Origin: Geosiphon pyriformis uo1
Taxonomy: Eukaryota > Fungi > Glomeromycota
DNA: 64,000 bases
Assembly: GCA_016748015.1 (NCBI GenBank)
Contig: JAAOMT010000484.1
Location: forward strand, 9,443 to 73,442
Direction of reading: 5' to 3'
The notes beneath the pieces were generated by a model. That model ran no database searches and was not told the DNA's origin. It saw nothing but the letters and a program-made list of their open reading frames with translations. Shown here piece after piece: positions 40,352 through 55,132 of this stretch. How positions within the stretch are numbered: the first letter of the stretch is position 1; each line of letters begins with the position of its first letter. Made by a program: the position numbers and the translations under genes.

Positions 40352-43300
40352 ATGTATTTTTAATTTATTAAAATATTAGAAAAAAAGAAATGCTAGATTA
40401 TAGAATAATGTTATAACAAGTTATATAAAAAAAAGCTTTTTTTTTAAGAAAATGTATTTTTTACTAAATATTTTAATTAGAATTATCTTTTATACAAATT
40501 AATTCCAATAAAACTAACTTTAAAAAACATAAAAATTTTTAATTATTTTTGTTTTAAAATTAACTATTTTATATTAACATTTTAAAATTAATTAACTATC
40601 AATTTCAGTAACTGTTAGCAACTTTTAGATTTAAATCCAAAATAACTTTCTTAACACATTTTTTTATTTCTTTTTTTTAGTTTAATTTTTTTTCTTTTTT
40701 TCTTTTTTTATATTATAAAGTAGTCTATGTTAAGATTTTTTGTAGAAAAATCGACTTTTACTACAAAGTAACTATACATATTTTTAAAAAGCTTACAAAT
40801 AAAATTTTTCTGTAAAAAAGTTGACTTTTACTACAAAATAACTATACAAATAATTGGTACAAAATTGGCTATTTTATCATAAGCTTATAAAAAAATACTT
40901 TGAAAGAAAAATTAGCTTATTAAAAGTTTACCAACTTTTATTAACAATAGAATTAATAGCAAAACAACATTAATTATACGCAAAAAAGATAAAAAAATCT
41001 TTAATAACATTTGGTGTTTTTTTAAAAATAACATAATAACAACTAAATTAAAATAATAATCATATTTAACATAATAACTTTAAAATACTATCAGTTAATT
41101 TACACTTATTGCAAACAACAATTTGGAATCTAAAATGGAATTACAGCTTTTAAGAAAACTTTTTTTTAATACATCAAAAATTAAATCAATAATTATTTTT
41201 TTGAAAACTATAATATTACAAGTCAAAAATAATTTTCTTGAAAACTTAATTTACTATTTAAATAAAAATTCAGAAGCTATTAGTGTTGACACTTATGCTA
41301 TTTATTTTGAAAAACTTGATTACAACAACATTAAATTTTGTAAAAAAAATACTTTACCAACTCATAATTTATTTTTAAACTTGAATTAAAACCAGAAACA
41401 AGCAACAAAAGCAAATAAAAAACACCAAATCTGTTTACACAACTTCTAATACACCAAAAACATTATTTAAACATTTGAAAATACTTAAACAAAAAACAAA
41501 TATTAAACTATTATTTTTAATTGCATTTTTTTTAGCTTTACTTACTTAAACATAAATACCAACTTTATTTTTAACCAATTTTTAAGACCAGAAGACTTTG
41601 TCAAAAGTTTTATTTAACAATTAAAACTAATCTATAATAATATTAATTTTCTTGATTATTTAACTAAAAACCAAAGTAAACACTCAAAAATTTTAGCCAA
41701 CAAAAAAAAAAATAACAAAAAATATATTAGTAATAATAAAAATAAAAAAATAGTTATTACTTATATTGCAAAAATCTTTAAATTTTTAAATAAAAACTTT
41801 AAAACCAGTTTTTAAAAGTGGCTTAATAAAGTCATCAAAGCTAGAAATGTTAATAGATAAAATATAGCAAAAATACTAAAAATTTTTTTTATTTTTTACA
41901 AAAAACTATAACTAAATGATTCAAAAACTTAATAGTATCTTTTACTAATTAGCAAGTTTTTAAAACTGCTTTTTTTAAACAGTTTACTAACAACATTTTA
42001 ATTATTCTCTAAAATCACTTTCAAAATATTAGACAGAAACTAATTAAATCTGCTATGATCTATTTTAAGAAGTTTAACAAACTTTTTTGAAGAATTAAAC
42101 AGTTGAAAAACAATAACTACTACTTAAATGCTAAATTATTGAATCAATTTATTGCTGGACTAAAAGATAAACTTATTAAAAAAGTTTAATCATATGTATT
42201 TAAAAATTTAACTATTATTAAAGCATATGTTAAAATTACAAAATGACAATAGAAAAAACAAACTATATAAAGCTTGTTAATTTTATTATTAGTGAAAACA
42301 ACTTAATTACTAAAAAAAATTGACCAACTTATAAAAAAAGTTGAAATCTACTTTGCTAATTAACAATAAAAATATTAACTATTTTAATAATAAAATTTAA
42401 GCACTTTTTTATTATTATCTAATTTTAATAATTAAATTTATTAATTAAACTGTCATTATTGTAAAATATCAAAATACTGGAAATTTAATTGCTAAAAAAT
42501 GCAATAAAACCTACAACAATAAAATAATTAACATTATTTTTTATTCCAATAACAATTATATAAATTACAAATATCTATTTACTATTCTTTAAGTTCTTAG
42601 CCTAATTATTATTATTAGTCTGCTTCATTACAACAACAATATTATTAACTATTAACAAAAAAATTGGTTTAATTCAACCAATTTATATCATAAAACTGTT
42701 TTTAATAAAATAACAACAGATTTAATCCCAATAATTAATTGTTATTTTATAATAATAATTAACAGCCATTTAAATATTTTTACACTTAACTTAATTATCT
42801 TACAATATTCAAAGACCAGAATTTTTACCATACTGTACTTTCAAAAAATAAAGTTATAGGACAACAGTAAAACTTTTTTTTCAATTACATTATGGTTTTA
42901 TTAGTAAAAATTATCAAAAACACCAATATTTTAAACATATTTTCATTCGAATTTGAAGCAAATAAATTATTTTTTTTACTTAGCAATACAGCAGCTTTAG
43001 AACAAAAAGCAAGTACAATAATATACACCAAAACTAAAGTTGAAAAAGAATTAATTTAGTTAATTTTAAATAGTGAATTTGTTAGAAATATTATTATTTA
43101 TTAGTTAATATAATGATTAAAAAAAATATTAACAAGTCTGTCTAAATAGTGATTATAATTGTCAATAGTATAAAAAAGATATCTGTAAAAAAAATTAATA
43201 ATTTTTTTTTATAGTTAATAGAATCACTATTTTAGTTAATATTTTTATTATAAATGTATCTTAATACTAAGTTCTTGTTAAAAATGATAAATTTTTTAAA

Positions 43301-46300
43301 ACCAATACAAATTTAAATTAAAAACTCAAGAATTAAAGATTTTATATTAAGATCAATATACTAAAGTACTAATTATATATAATACTTTTAACAAATAATT
43401 TAAAAAAGCCCCAGTTTTTGAATTTGAAAATAAAAATAAAATACTTATTATCGAAACTTATATAATACTCAACTTTTGGTCTAATTAAATTGAAGAAACA
43501 AACCAATTTTTTGAGATTTTAGAATCACAATTAATATTATTATAGTTTAAAAAATCTAGTTAACAATTAATATTAACAATAACAAATAAACAGACCAATA
43601 GTTAATATGTTTTATACTTAAAAACACAACTTAAAAAACAATTAACTTATATTCCATTTAAATATAAATATTATAATAAAAAGTATTCATCCATAAAAAC
43701 TTGTATTTTATTTGAAAAAAAAATATAAAAATTGCATTTGTTACTATTATAAAGTCTGCCACTAAAAATAATTTGGTAGCCAAAAATAAAATAGAAAATA
43801 AGACAACACATTTTGTTTTACATACAAAAAATTATTGTTTAAAGAATATAATTAAATTGATATTGTAATAAATAAAAAAGTCTGCAATTAGATCTGTTAA
43901 TATGTTCTTTTTATTTTTAAGAAAGTAAAATAAAAAACTTTATTCACAACCACTTACAATAATGCTCTTAACAAACTTTATTATTATTCATACAATACTA
44001 AAATAATTTATAAATTAATAATAGTTTTAATTAATGGAAAAACTTAAACAGATATTTACTAAATAAAAAAATTTGAATATATTAAATATATAATAGAATT
44101 AATTAAATTTAACAATGAAAATAAAGTAAAATTTTACTATTTAACTTTTGATTATGTTTACTTTTTCAAAAACTCAAATTTAATAATTAAAACAAATAAA
44201 CATTCAATTATGTGAAAAATATATTATATTTTGTGATAACATATAATATCTCAAATATTATGCACTTAGCATACTATTATTAATAGAAGATAACCAAAAT
44301 AAAATAAAATTTAAAGAAATTAAAAAAGTTTCAACAATTCTAATTTACTTTACCAAAAACCAATTTGTTTTACTTTTTAAATACTTTGACAACAATAAGC
44401 AAAAAATTAAGCCAGAAAAAGCTTACAAAATTAATGCAGAATATGATATTTGATATTTAAGCAAAAATATTTTCACTTTAAAGCCAAAATTACTTACAAA
44501 AATTAACTTAAAAATTGCTCTTAAAATTTTATCAAAAGCAATAATACAAATTGTTTTCTGATCATTATTAACAAACAAAGAAATTAATATTAAAAAAAGA
44601 ATTATGAATATTAGATATACTAAAAACATTACAGTAATACTTCAAAATAAAACTGAAAAGCCATTTAAAATCGAATATGCTAAAAAAATTGCTCAAGCTA
44701 TTTATTTACTCTTAATCAATATTTTGGATTTGCAATTAATTAAAAATTGAAAAAAACTTGATAAAAGTAAAAAAAAACTCAAAGTTTTGGATTAAATAGA
44801 TAATTTATAATTTTAGTAAATATAGTTCTCAATATACAAAATAAATTTTACCAAATTTTTAGATTATTAAGAACAATTATTATTCTTTTTTTTAAAAAAG
44901 TTTGTAAAGCATACATTTGTTTAACACCTATTATCATTTAACAAATTTTTAAATCAAATAAACAAATTTGCAAAGAAAATAGAATTTCAATTTCAAATAT
45001 TTATTTGTCTAAAAAAATCAAGAAATTTAATATTATATTTTACAACTTTAATAACCACATTATTATATTAAATAATTATTTTAAAATTAAAATTATTTAC
45101 AATAATATCTTTTAACAAGAGTTATCATAAATAGTTTTAAATTTTACAGAAATAATTAAAGATTCTCTTGCAAAATTTAAGTTACATCTTAGTACTAAAA
45201 ACTATTATATTATTATTAAAAAATTATTTCGAATCAATATGGAATAGTTAAAGTCACAACAAAAAAAAATTTAAAGAATTAATTACAGAATATGCAAACA
45301 TATTTACCAAATATAACAATAATTTAAGAACTAATTTAGTTTAGCATTAAATTTATACTAAAAATACAAAATCAAAATGCCAACAAGTTTTTTGAGTCTT
45401 ATTTAAAAGCCATCAATTTATCTGAAAAAAAATTTAATATATATTTAACAATAAATTTATTTAACTATTAATAAGTTCCTAAACTTTACTAGTAGTTTTC
45501 ATTAAAAAAAAATAAAAAAACCCACTTTTGTGTTAATTATTATCAACTAAATAGTATTACAATTAGAAATATTTACTTTTTATTCTAAATTAAGAACATA
45601 TTCGATATTCTTAACAAATCAAAATACTTTTCAACATTGAATCTAGAAAATAAATACTAATAAATTGTTATAGATCTCAAAAACTGTTTAAAAACAGCTT
45701 TTATTACCCAAGGAAAAAATTAGAAGTTCAATATAATGCTTTTTAAATTATACAATACATCAACAATTTTTAAAGACTTATAAATATTGTTTATGTTAAA
45801 CTTCTTTAAAAGTCAATAGTTGTTTATTTAGATAATACTAATATTTATTCATTATTTAAAACTTATTTAGTTTATCTGTAAAAAGTTTTTTAATGATTAT
45901 AAAAAGCAAAATTAAAGTTAAATATTAAAAAATGTTATTTTGAAAGAATAGCTTGGCCTTTTTAGATTATATTGTCAACAAAAAAGAAATTAAATCTAAT
46001 TTAAAAAAATTAGTATTATCAAAAATTTCAACTTTTTTTAAAACACTACTGAATTAAAAAAATTCACAAAATTAATATTCTATTATCGAAAATTTATTAA
46101 GTTTTTTTGAAATTGCCAAATCACTAAATTATTTAATTAACAAAAATATTAAATATAAATAAATTCCAAAACAACAAAAAGCCTTTAATATTTTCAAAAA
46201 AAAGCTAACAATAGCTTCAATTTTAGTTTATTTTAACTTTAACAAAAGATTTCAACTAGCTATAAATACTTTATATACAGTTTTTAGTGCTATTTTATTT

Positions 46301-49300
46301 TACTTAGATAATAATAGCAATAAATAAGTAATGCTTTATGTCAATAAAACATTAAAACTAGCAAAAAAAATTACTCTGTTACTAAACTAAAAACAACAGT
46401 AATAATTTGGGCTTTTTACTATTTTAATTTATATTTTAAACCAAAAAAAATTGATATTATTATTGATAATATTAAACTTAAATGACTACAAAATAAGAAC
46501 TCTAAATTAAATATCAAACAAATCTGTTGAAATAAATTTTTAGCAAATTATAAATATATTGTATACTATAAATTAAAAAAATTATATACAAATATTGATT
46601 GTCTTTTCAAATAAGACAAAATTAGAAATTACAATTATTATTCAATTTAATAAACAATAATAAACAATAAACATTAGATTCCAAAAACTACAACAATCTT
46701 AAACAATATTTGGTAATATTTATTATATTAAAAACTTGGTTTTCAAATAAAAAACATTAATTATAATACTAAGCAAAACAATATTTTCTATACAATAATT
46801 TTATTTATTACCAAAACTACAAAAACCAAACAATTCATTCAAAGTAATCTAGAAACATAAAAAAAAACAATTTTATATAATATATATTTAGATCCTGTAT
46901 TAATGTACTTTAAAAAAAATAGCACAATTCAAAGAACACTAAAACATTATTTTTGGCCCCAAATAAAAAAATATATTTACCAATATTTTGAATTTTGTAA
47001 TAATTGTCAAAGAAAATAAAAACCATATTTTACAGAATCTCTAAATTTAATTGAAATTAAACAATCTTTTGATTAAATTGGTATTAATTTAGTTAGACTA
47101 CTATCTATTACAACTCAAAAAAATTAATATATTGCAGTTATAGTAGATTATTTAACAAAATGGCCAAAAGCAAGAGTAATTCAACAGACAAATGTAAAAT
47201 TAGTTGCAAATTTTATTTACAAAGACATTATTTGTAAACATAAATGCCCAATTGAATTTTTATTTAATTAAAAAACATATTTTGTAAACAACTTAATACA
47301 AAAAATTTGTGAATAATTTAATATTAAGAGATTTTTATTTTGGCTTTATTATCTATAAACAAATAGACTTATAAAACGTTTTAACAGAACATTTTGTGAA
47401 TTATTAGCCAAAGTTTTAATTAGTTTTGAACAAAAATAAGATCTTTTTATTTCATTAATGTTACTAGTATATAGAACTAAAACAAAATACAATAAAACAT
47501 ATGCTATTTAATTTAATTTATGATAAAACAGCAATATTACCAATTAATTTTACAGTAAAACTCTATTTAGTTTAATTAATTATTAAAAACAACTTTGTAA
47601 AAACACCATAAAAAAGAGCCTACACATTTTATAATACATTAAAAAAAAATAATGAATTGCAGTTATCTATATAGAACATTTTAAGCTTAATAAAAAAACA
47701 ATATAACAATAAACTATTACCAGCTATTAATAAATTTAAAGTTAAAAACAAATTTTCTTATATAAATTAAGGCTAAAAAACAAGAGAGTAGAAAATTGGA
47801 TCATAAATAAAATAAACCATTTTACATACACGAAATTCTAAGAAATAAATTATATAAATTAAGACTTAATAATAAAATTTTAAAAAAAATTACATATAAT
47901 AACAGATTTAAGCATTATTATTCCAAAACCAATCTTAAATTTCTTGTTCTACAAATTGGTACACAATTTTTTTGGTTAATTCTAAAAATATTTTCCAAAA
48001 TTTAGAACCAATAATTGTTATTGAACAATTTTAAAACCAAAACAATTAAATTTTAATTTTCTCTATAGTTATTTTTTATATTTTAGGAACAATTTTCCAA
48101 AAACAAAACAAAAACTACACAGAAAAACAATACAAAAATAACATAAAAATTCTACATATTAAAAATAATTTTATTTATTCATATTTTCATTAATTATCAT
48201 GATTATTTCTAAAACATTTAACAATTATTTTAAAAATTAATACTAATTTTAAAATTACTATTTAACTTATTTATAACAATTATTAAAAAACATATTAATT
48301 ACACCTAAACAGAATCAGCAATATTTTTGATCACAAATTCATAAAATTACCACTCTTATAAAAGAAATAAAAGAAGTTATTCTGGAATTCACTTACTAGA
48401 ACTTTTAAAACAAGCTTTAAGAGAGAATTTAATGTTTGTATCTATTAACATTCTACCAAATATTACAATTTAACAAAAACTTTAATAGTGTTTTAATAAA
48501 CAAAACAATAAATACTTTTCAATTTATAGATATTTTTATATTGGAAAACATTTTATGAAAAAAAACTGGAGCTAAAAATAGCAAACTTCACAATTAAAGC
48601 TATTTAAAAACAACTTTACAATAAATTTAAGACAACAGCTAAACTAATAAATATTTATTACAAACTTAAAGCAGTTTTTAGACTTTATAATCTATTTTAC
48701 ACTTGTGAAAACATTTTATAAAACTCAATTTTATGATTCTTAAAGATTTAATATATTGGAAAGCTTATAAAATTAAAATTTTAACAATTTTCAAATCAAA
48801 TTTTTTCAATAATTTTGGATTACTATCTGAAAATTATAGACAGTACTTGGACTTTAATAGAGCTTAGTCTTGAGAAAAAGATTATATTATTAGCTGAAAT
48901 TTGAAATATTAATTAGCATAAAATTATTTTTATAATTTCTATTATTAACTAGCATATATTATTATTTTAATTTATTACTTATTATCTTATCAAATTATCT
49001 GAATTATTATTTAATTAATAACTCGATTTGTACAAAACACAAATGTAATCAAATTGTAATGATCAGATCATGTAATATGCCGAACTATATAATATTCAAA
49101 ATTTACTGAAATATTTAGTAATTTGACAAAATATTCAACAGTTTACCAAAATAATTTATAGTTCACAAAAATAACTTGTAGTTCAATAAAATATATTTTT
49201 AGGTTACCAAAATATTAGAAAAAGAGAAAGTGCTAAATTATAAAATAATGTTACAACAAGTTGTATAAAAAAAAGCTTTTTTCTTTAAGAAAATATATCT

Positions 49301-49838
49301 TTTACTAGATATCTTAGTTAAAATTACTTTTCATACATAAAAATTCTTAATTATTTTTGTTTCGAAATTAACTATTTTATATTAACAATTTGAAATTAAT
49401 TAGCTACCAATATGTGTAACTGTTAGCAACTTTTAGATTTGAATTCGAAATAACTTTTTTTTTATTTTTTTTTTATTTTTTTATTTTTTTTATTTTTTAT
49501 TTTTTTTTATTTATTTTATATTATTAGATAGCTTACAGTTATAATTTTCTGTATAAAAGTTGCCTTTTATAGCAAAGTAACTACACACATTTTTGAAGAA
49601 CTTATAAACAAACTTTTTCTGTAAAAGAGTTGACTTTTACTGCAAAATAACTATACAAATAATTAGTATAAAATTGGTCATTCTATTATATATCTAATAG
49701 TATATACAGTCCAAAGTATAAAGAAATACTTTGGAAAAAAATTAGCTTATTAAAGATTTATTAACTTCTATTAACAATAAATTAATAGCAAAATAGCAAC
49801 AATTATATACAAAAAAGAATAAAAAATTTTTAATAAAA
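40352..49838 (+). mobile_element. Near-full-length decayed Ty3/Gypsy element (family A): partial 5' LTR to 41009, PBS, gag, protease, Cys-rich region, dUTPase, RT, RNase H, integrase, extra 3' region, PPT, 3' LTR 48885-49838
   Basis: Paired LTRs. gag LNQFIAGLKDKLIKKV (about 42140) and knuckle CHYCKISKYWKFNC (42451). Protease LILNSE (= LILDSG, about 43061). RT FCVNY, YFSTLNL, KTAFIT, VYLDN (45.5-45.85 kb). Integrase DYLTKWPKA (about 47150). Confidence 0.92.
44380..44800 (+). pseudogene. Trimeric dUTPase domain within the Gypsy pol region
   Basis: All five motifs recoverable mostly by reverting C>T/G>A: INAEYDI (DAGYD), QIVF*SLL (QIASRSSL), KRIMNIRYT (GIxDxGYT), KIAQAI (intact), QSFG (RG..GFGS). 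Confidence 0.82.
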
Positions 49839-50147
49839 ATAATCATCTTGGTAAAATTATAAAAAACATAAAGTTTTTAAAAAAAACATCTTCAAAAATA
49901 CAGACAAAAATTTTGGGCATTATATATTTAAATATTCTAAAAATTTTGATCATTGCCAAAAAAGCCAAAACTTTTATATAAAAATTTGGTTTTTTGAATA
50001 CAAAGCTTATTTTATATCAAATTTTGTATATCTTATCAACAAAAAACTTTACAAACTAGTTAATTTTAAGTTAAATAAAAATTTTTAATTAAAATACTTT
50101 ATAAATAGTTTAATTTTACCAAAGCTTAATTTCTTTGAAAAAAATAA

Positions 50148-50810
50148 TATTATAGTTAAAAATCATAGTTTTTATTAATTATTATATATATTAATCACTA
50201 ATATCATATAGTTAGCTATTCTATTTTTAAAAAGTAATTAATAATCTAATCAATAATCTAATTAATAATTTGATTGTTGACTTAGTTATTGATCTGATCA
50301 TTAACTATTTTGAATAACTATATAAACAATATATATCTTAGCTTTAGAAAAACATATTTTAATATACAAAATATATATAAATTAAAGTAATAAAAATTAC
50401 TTCTAAATATCTAATTCTTTTTAATTTACTTATTTTTCTTTTTCTAAATTCTTTTAAATATTTGAATATGTTTGTAATAAAAGATTACTTTTTGGTATTT
50501 ACTTGTAAATAAATATTATTAAGAAGTATAATCAATATTTAATATTAAATTCTAAGAATGTTAATATAAAACATAGAATTATATTAATATGTTATTTTTT
50601 GTTAACAGTACAAATTATCTTTCTATTTTTAAATTCTTTTATTGTCTTTTAGAAAAAATAATGACTAAAATATTTATGAAACTGATTTTACATATTAAAT
50701 TTATACCAATTTAATTTACTCTTTGAAGTTAAATTCTTTTTTGATTATTATTATTATTATATAATTTTGTTTTATCTTGCTATTTATTAGTTTATTATTT
50801 AATTTATAAT
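50148..50810 (+). repeat. LTR-like repeat family D preceded by a purine tract (probable 3' LTR)
   Basis: Homologous to 12748-13135 and 58667-59290. Upstream aagcttaatttctttgaaaaaaataa resembles the pre-LTR/PPT motif of families A-C. Confidence 0.65.
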
Positions 50811-51789
50811 AATATTAAGCAATTTAATTAACTTTTTATTTTAAAAATATAAATAACAAATACTTTATCACAAAATTATAAAATTAACAAAAAATAATAA
50901 ATAATAAATATTATAAAATAGCAATTCTAATAAAAACTTAATAAATAACTACTATATAATAATAATAAGTTTATTGTGAATTTAATAAATATTGCAAATA
51001 TATATATATTCAATTTTTTATATTACTTATAAATTTAAATTATAATCAATTTTATTTTTAGATTTTAATAATTAATATTTAATTATTATATTAACAATTA
51101 ATTAAAAAACTTAATAATAATTTATAAAATTTTTATAATTATTAATTTAGATATATTTTAAATAAATTTAACAACAATTATAAGAATTTTGTATTTTTAT
51201 TATAAAATATTAAACATTTTGCAATACAATAATACAAAATTAATACAAATTATATATAATATTATGATATAAAAAATACAGTACTTTTATGCAAAAAATT
51301 ACAACATATATTATAAAAATTAGTATTAAAATTATGTAAAAAAAATTATATTATCAAAATTAATTTAACAAATATTAATTAGTAGTAAAAAAGTAAAAGA
51401 TTAATAATTAGCTTAATTATAAAACAATTTAATTAAAAAATACAAAAAAATTTTAACAACTAAAAAACAACAATGAAAATTAAAAATTATTACCAAAAAT
51501 ATAATTAATTGATTTGCTTTTAATTATATTAATTATAATTACAATTAATATTATTAATATACAATTAAGTTCTAAATTTAATCATTTAAAATCTGATAAT
51601 CTAAAATTTAATTATCTAAATTATTATTTTTAAAAAAATAATATGCCAAATAAGCTTAAAATAAATTAATTAATTTAATATATATAAATAATTAATATAA
51701 TTAAAATAGTACTAATATAATAAAATAATTTAGCTATATATACAGTTTTTTTATAAATTAAAAAAAGTATTAATTTTTTTTTTATTAAA

Positions 51790-54060
51790 TTTAATAAGTA
51801 AGACCTAATTACTATTTAAAAATTAGGAACAAATTAAGTATTCTAGTATTAAATATAGTTTATGTACTTTCTACATATAATTAGCTATTCGAACCAATTC
51901 AGACTATACTAAGTTAATACAACAGAAGAAAACTTATCCAAAAATAACATTTTTTGAATAACTTCAAACAAAGTAATACTACAAAAAACCAATTCAACCA
52001 GTCATTTGGCTGTTTTCAAAGGATTAGTTTTAATACTAATAGATTCATGTGTCCAAAAAGATATTAAGTTAAAAAACATATTATTATCTATATTAATTGA
52101 ATACTCCAAATTACCAGACATATTAACATTATCTATATAGCACTTTTTTTTCAAAAAAACTATTTTTCTTTTCAACTTACCAACAATCTTGCCAAAAAAA
52201 CCCAAATAAACTATAAGCTCATTAACTCTTAAACTAAAAACACTGCTTAAGATGAGATCACTCTTAATAAAATATTTAAATACAGTAACCAATGTACCAA
52301 CAGATTTAAAAATTGACTCAACCAAAGCCAACAACTTAACTAAATCAGATTCCAGAAACACCAGCCAAGAGAAAAACAAAGAATTACCAACAACTATAAA
52401 AGGAGAAGCAAAGGCTGTTAAAGGAAAAAACTTAAAAGAATTTAAATGAACAGAAACCTTAGCATAAGAAACATTATTTGCAAAACGTAATTTAAATATT
52501 TTAAAAGCCATAAAAAAAGGAGGTAAAAAAACTGTACAGTTTGCAGCCAAATAGTTTATCTTTTAGCATTTAAAGCAGTACTAACAACCAGAAGTTTCTT
52601 ATCAAATATGATATCTTCTTAGTATATCAGTCTTAACAACTATAAAATCCAAATTAACTTGAAAGCCAAATATAATCAGAGCAAACTAAAAATAATAACC
52701 AGAATTAAGTAAATAAGGAATAAAACAAGTTCAATTATCAACTTAAGAAATCATATTATTAATCTTAAAAGTAGTATAGCCAGAAAAAAAGTTGATTAAC
52801 TTGGCTCTAAACCTATCACAAAACAGAATGATCTCTTTTTAATTCAAGAGGAAAAGAATCCAAACACAATTTTTGTTTACTAATATTGACTAGTAATTAA
52901 AAGCAGATGCAACAGTATTTAAATTATTAAGATAAACAACTACATATTGCCAAACATTAATAAACTTCAGCACAACACAAAAAACTTTACCAAAAACACC
53001 AAAAGCTAACTTAATATTAGCAGCAAACACATTTAAGAGCACATTATACAGCACAACAATAGCAGAAGAAAAACCAAACTCAGAAACCACCAAAAACTTA
53101 GCAAGTTTAAAAGTAACAAGACAAATAAAGCTTGTAAGCTCAACCAAAAATACAGCATTTAAAGAACTTTGGAAAGTAAACTCTATACAAAAAAGTTTCA
53201 TATTGTTTTTTAACACTGATTTTGCATCCAAAAAACCATTTACAAACTGAAAAACAGTTCTAATATAAGCCAATTTGATTTTGAAAGTATTACCAAATAC
53301 CAGAATAGAAGCCATCTACTCAGTAAATCTTTGATAACTAGTAATAATTTCCTAAGCACCACCAATAACAATACCAAAAACCAGAGAAGATAATTTAGTT
53401 TTTATTTGATCAACCCAGTTCCCAAGAACAGATAACTCAATAGAAAATAGTTGTTTTGCTTTTAAAACTAGTAAAAATCTGTTGGAAGACATCATATTTT
53501 GCAATATAGTCAGTAGTTAATTTTGGCTTATCTTAAATAATATACTGGATAATACAGTAGAGATTTTATCTAAGATCTCAATTAAAATTACAAAAAAATT
53601 TAGTACAACAATAGCAAAAACAAACAACTGCTTCCACTTTTTTGAAACTTTGGTCTTTTTGACTATTTTGTTTAAAGAAGTAGTGCTAGCAGCACCAGAT
53701 ATAAAAGCTATAATAAGAAAAACCAACTTATCAACTGGTTTACTATTAAAAATCTTAGAACTTTTGAAAAAAACAGAGACAACATTGAAATTAATCTAAA
53801 TATGTCTCTTTGAGAGAACTTTAACTGATGAAAAACCAGCCACAAATAAAAAAAATGTTTTAGTGACCACTAAAGACAGCTTTTCATTATTAATATCTAA
53901 AAAAAATATAGTTAAGACATTATGTCTAATTGTTTTAATAACAAAAAGACCCTTTTACATTAAAACTTTATTAGTTACTATAGAAAAAATAATGAGTACA
54001 GCTTTTTTACTCTTTGTTTTAATTGTGATTATAAAATTAAGAAGACAAAAAGTATTTTTT
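51790..54060 (-). mobile_element. ORF1-only non-autonomous non-LTR element (half-LINE) carrying the LINE 3' terminal sequence
   Basis: 51790-51900 matches the LINE 3' UTR at 22580-22690. Directly upstream are ORF1-like remnants (RRM-like 52890-53315, knuckle CFKC*KINYLAANC at about 52535-52580, coiled-coil-like 52002-52400) and no APE or RT. The 5' boundary is approximate. Confidence 0.7.
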
Positions 54061-55132
54061 TTAAATTTTAATCTATTAATTTTATATTAAATCAACTTTT
54101 TATTAGTTTTATTATAAATAATAAATTTTTTTTTCTTTGTTTTAATATTTTTATATATATATTTATTTATTATAAAAAATTAATTTTAATTATATTATTT
54201 TTTATTATTATTTTTTTAACAACTAATTAAAAAAATTCTGGTTTAATTTTAATATAATAGTTTTGGGTTTATTTGGTAGTTTTAATTGTTTTTTATGTTT
54301 TTTATAAACATTAATTATTATTTTTTAAATAAATTCTAAACTGGTTCTTGTTTAAAAACAAACAATAATAATTTTATAAATTTTTTATTTTATAAATATT
54401 TTATAATAATCGTTTTTTCTTTTATTTGTACATTGTAAAAAAAATCTATAAAATTATATTTATACTATAGTTAAAACAACAATAATACATAACATTTATA
54501 TTATTAATTAAAATTATTAATATTTAAAAAAAAAGTACTTAAATTTATAATTTTAAAATAGTAATAGTATTTATATTAATTATTTCTATTTTATTGTTAT
54601 TGTTTAAACCAAAAATTATTTTTTTTACTAAGTAATTTTTATTTATATTAACATTTTTAGTATCTGTTATATTATTTATATTAGTTTTATTTATATTATT
54701 AATTATAGTAATTATTACAAAAAAAACCAATATTATTATTATTAAGTTTCAAAAAAAACACTTTTTTTCTTTTTTTTAAGAAAAGTTTATTAATAAAACC
54801 AGTATTCAAACTTTTAAAACTTTTATTAGAATTTAATATATTATTTGATTTAATAACAACTGTATAGTCAAATAAAAAAAATGTAAAAGTATTAAATTAA
54901 ATATTAAAAATTTATTATTAAAAAAAAACTTATTTTTAAGAAATAACTTTTTTAAAAAATTAAAAACATGAAAAAAAGAAGTTTTTAATTTTATAATTAA
55001 TTGTTTTAAAATTTACAAGCTTAATTAAAAATAATAAAATTAATTAATTATTAATTTTAATAATAAATTAATTATTTTAAGTTTAAATAAAAATATTTTT
55101 TTTTATTTTTTTATATTATTATAGTTGAAAAC

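Noticed and set aside
50830-51780. Possible remnant of another LINE RT region
   Set aside because: Too AT-eroded for motifs to be assigned with confidence by eye.
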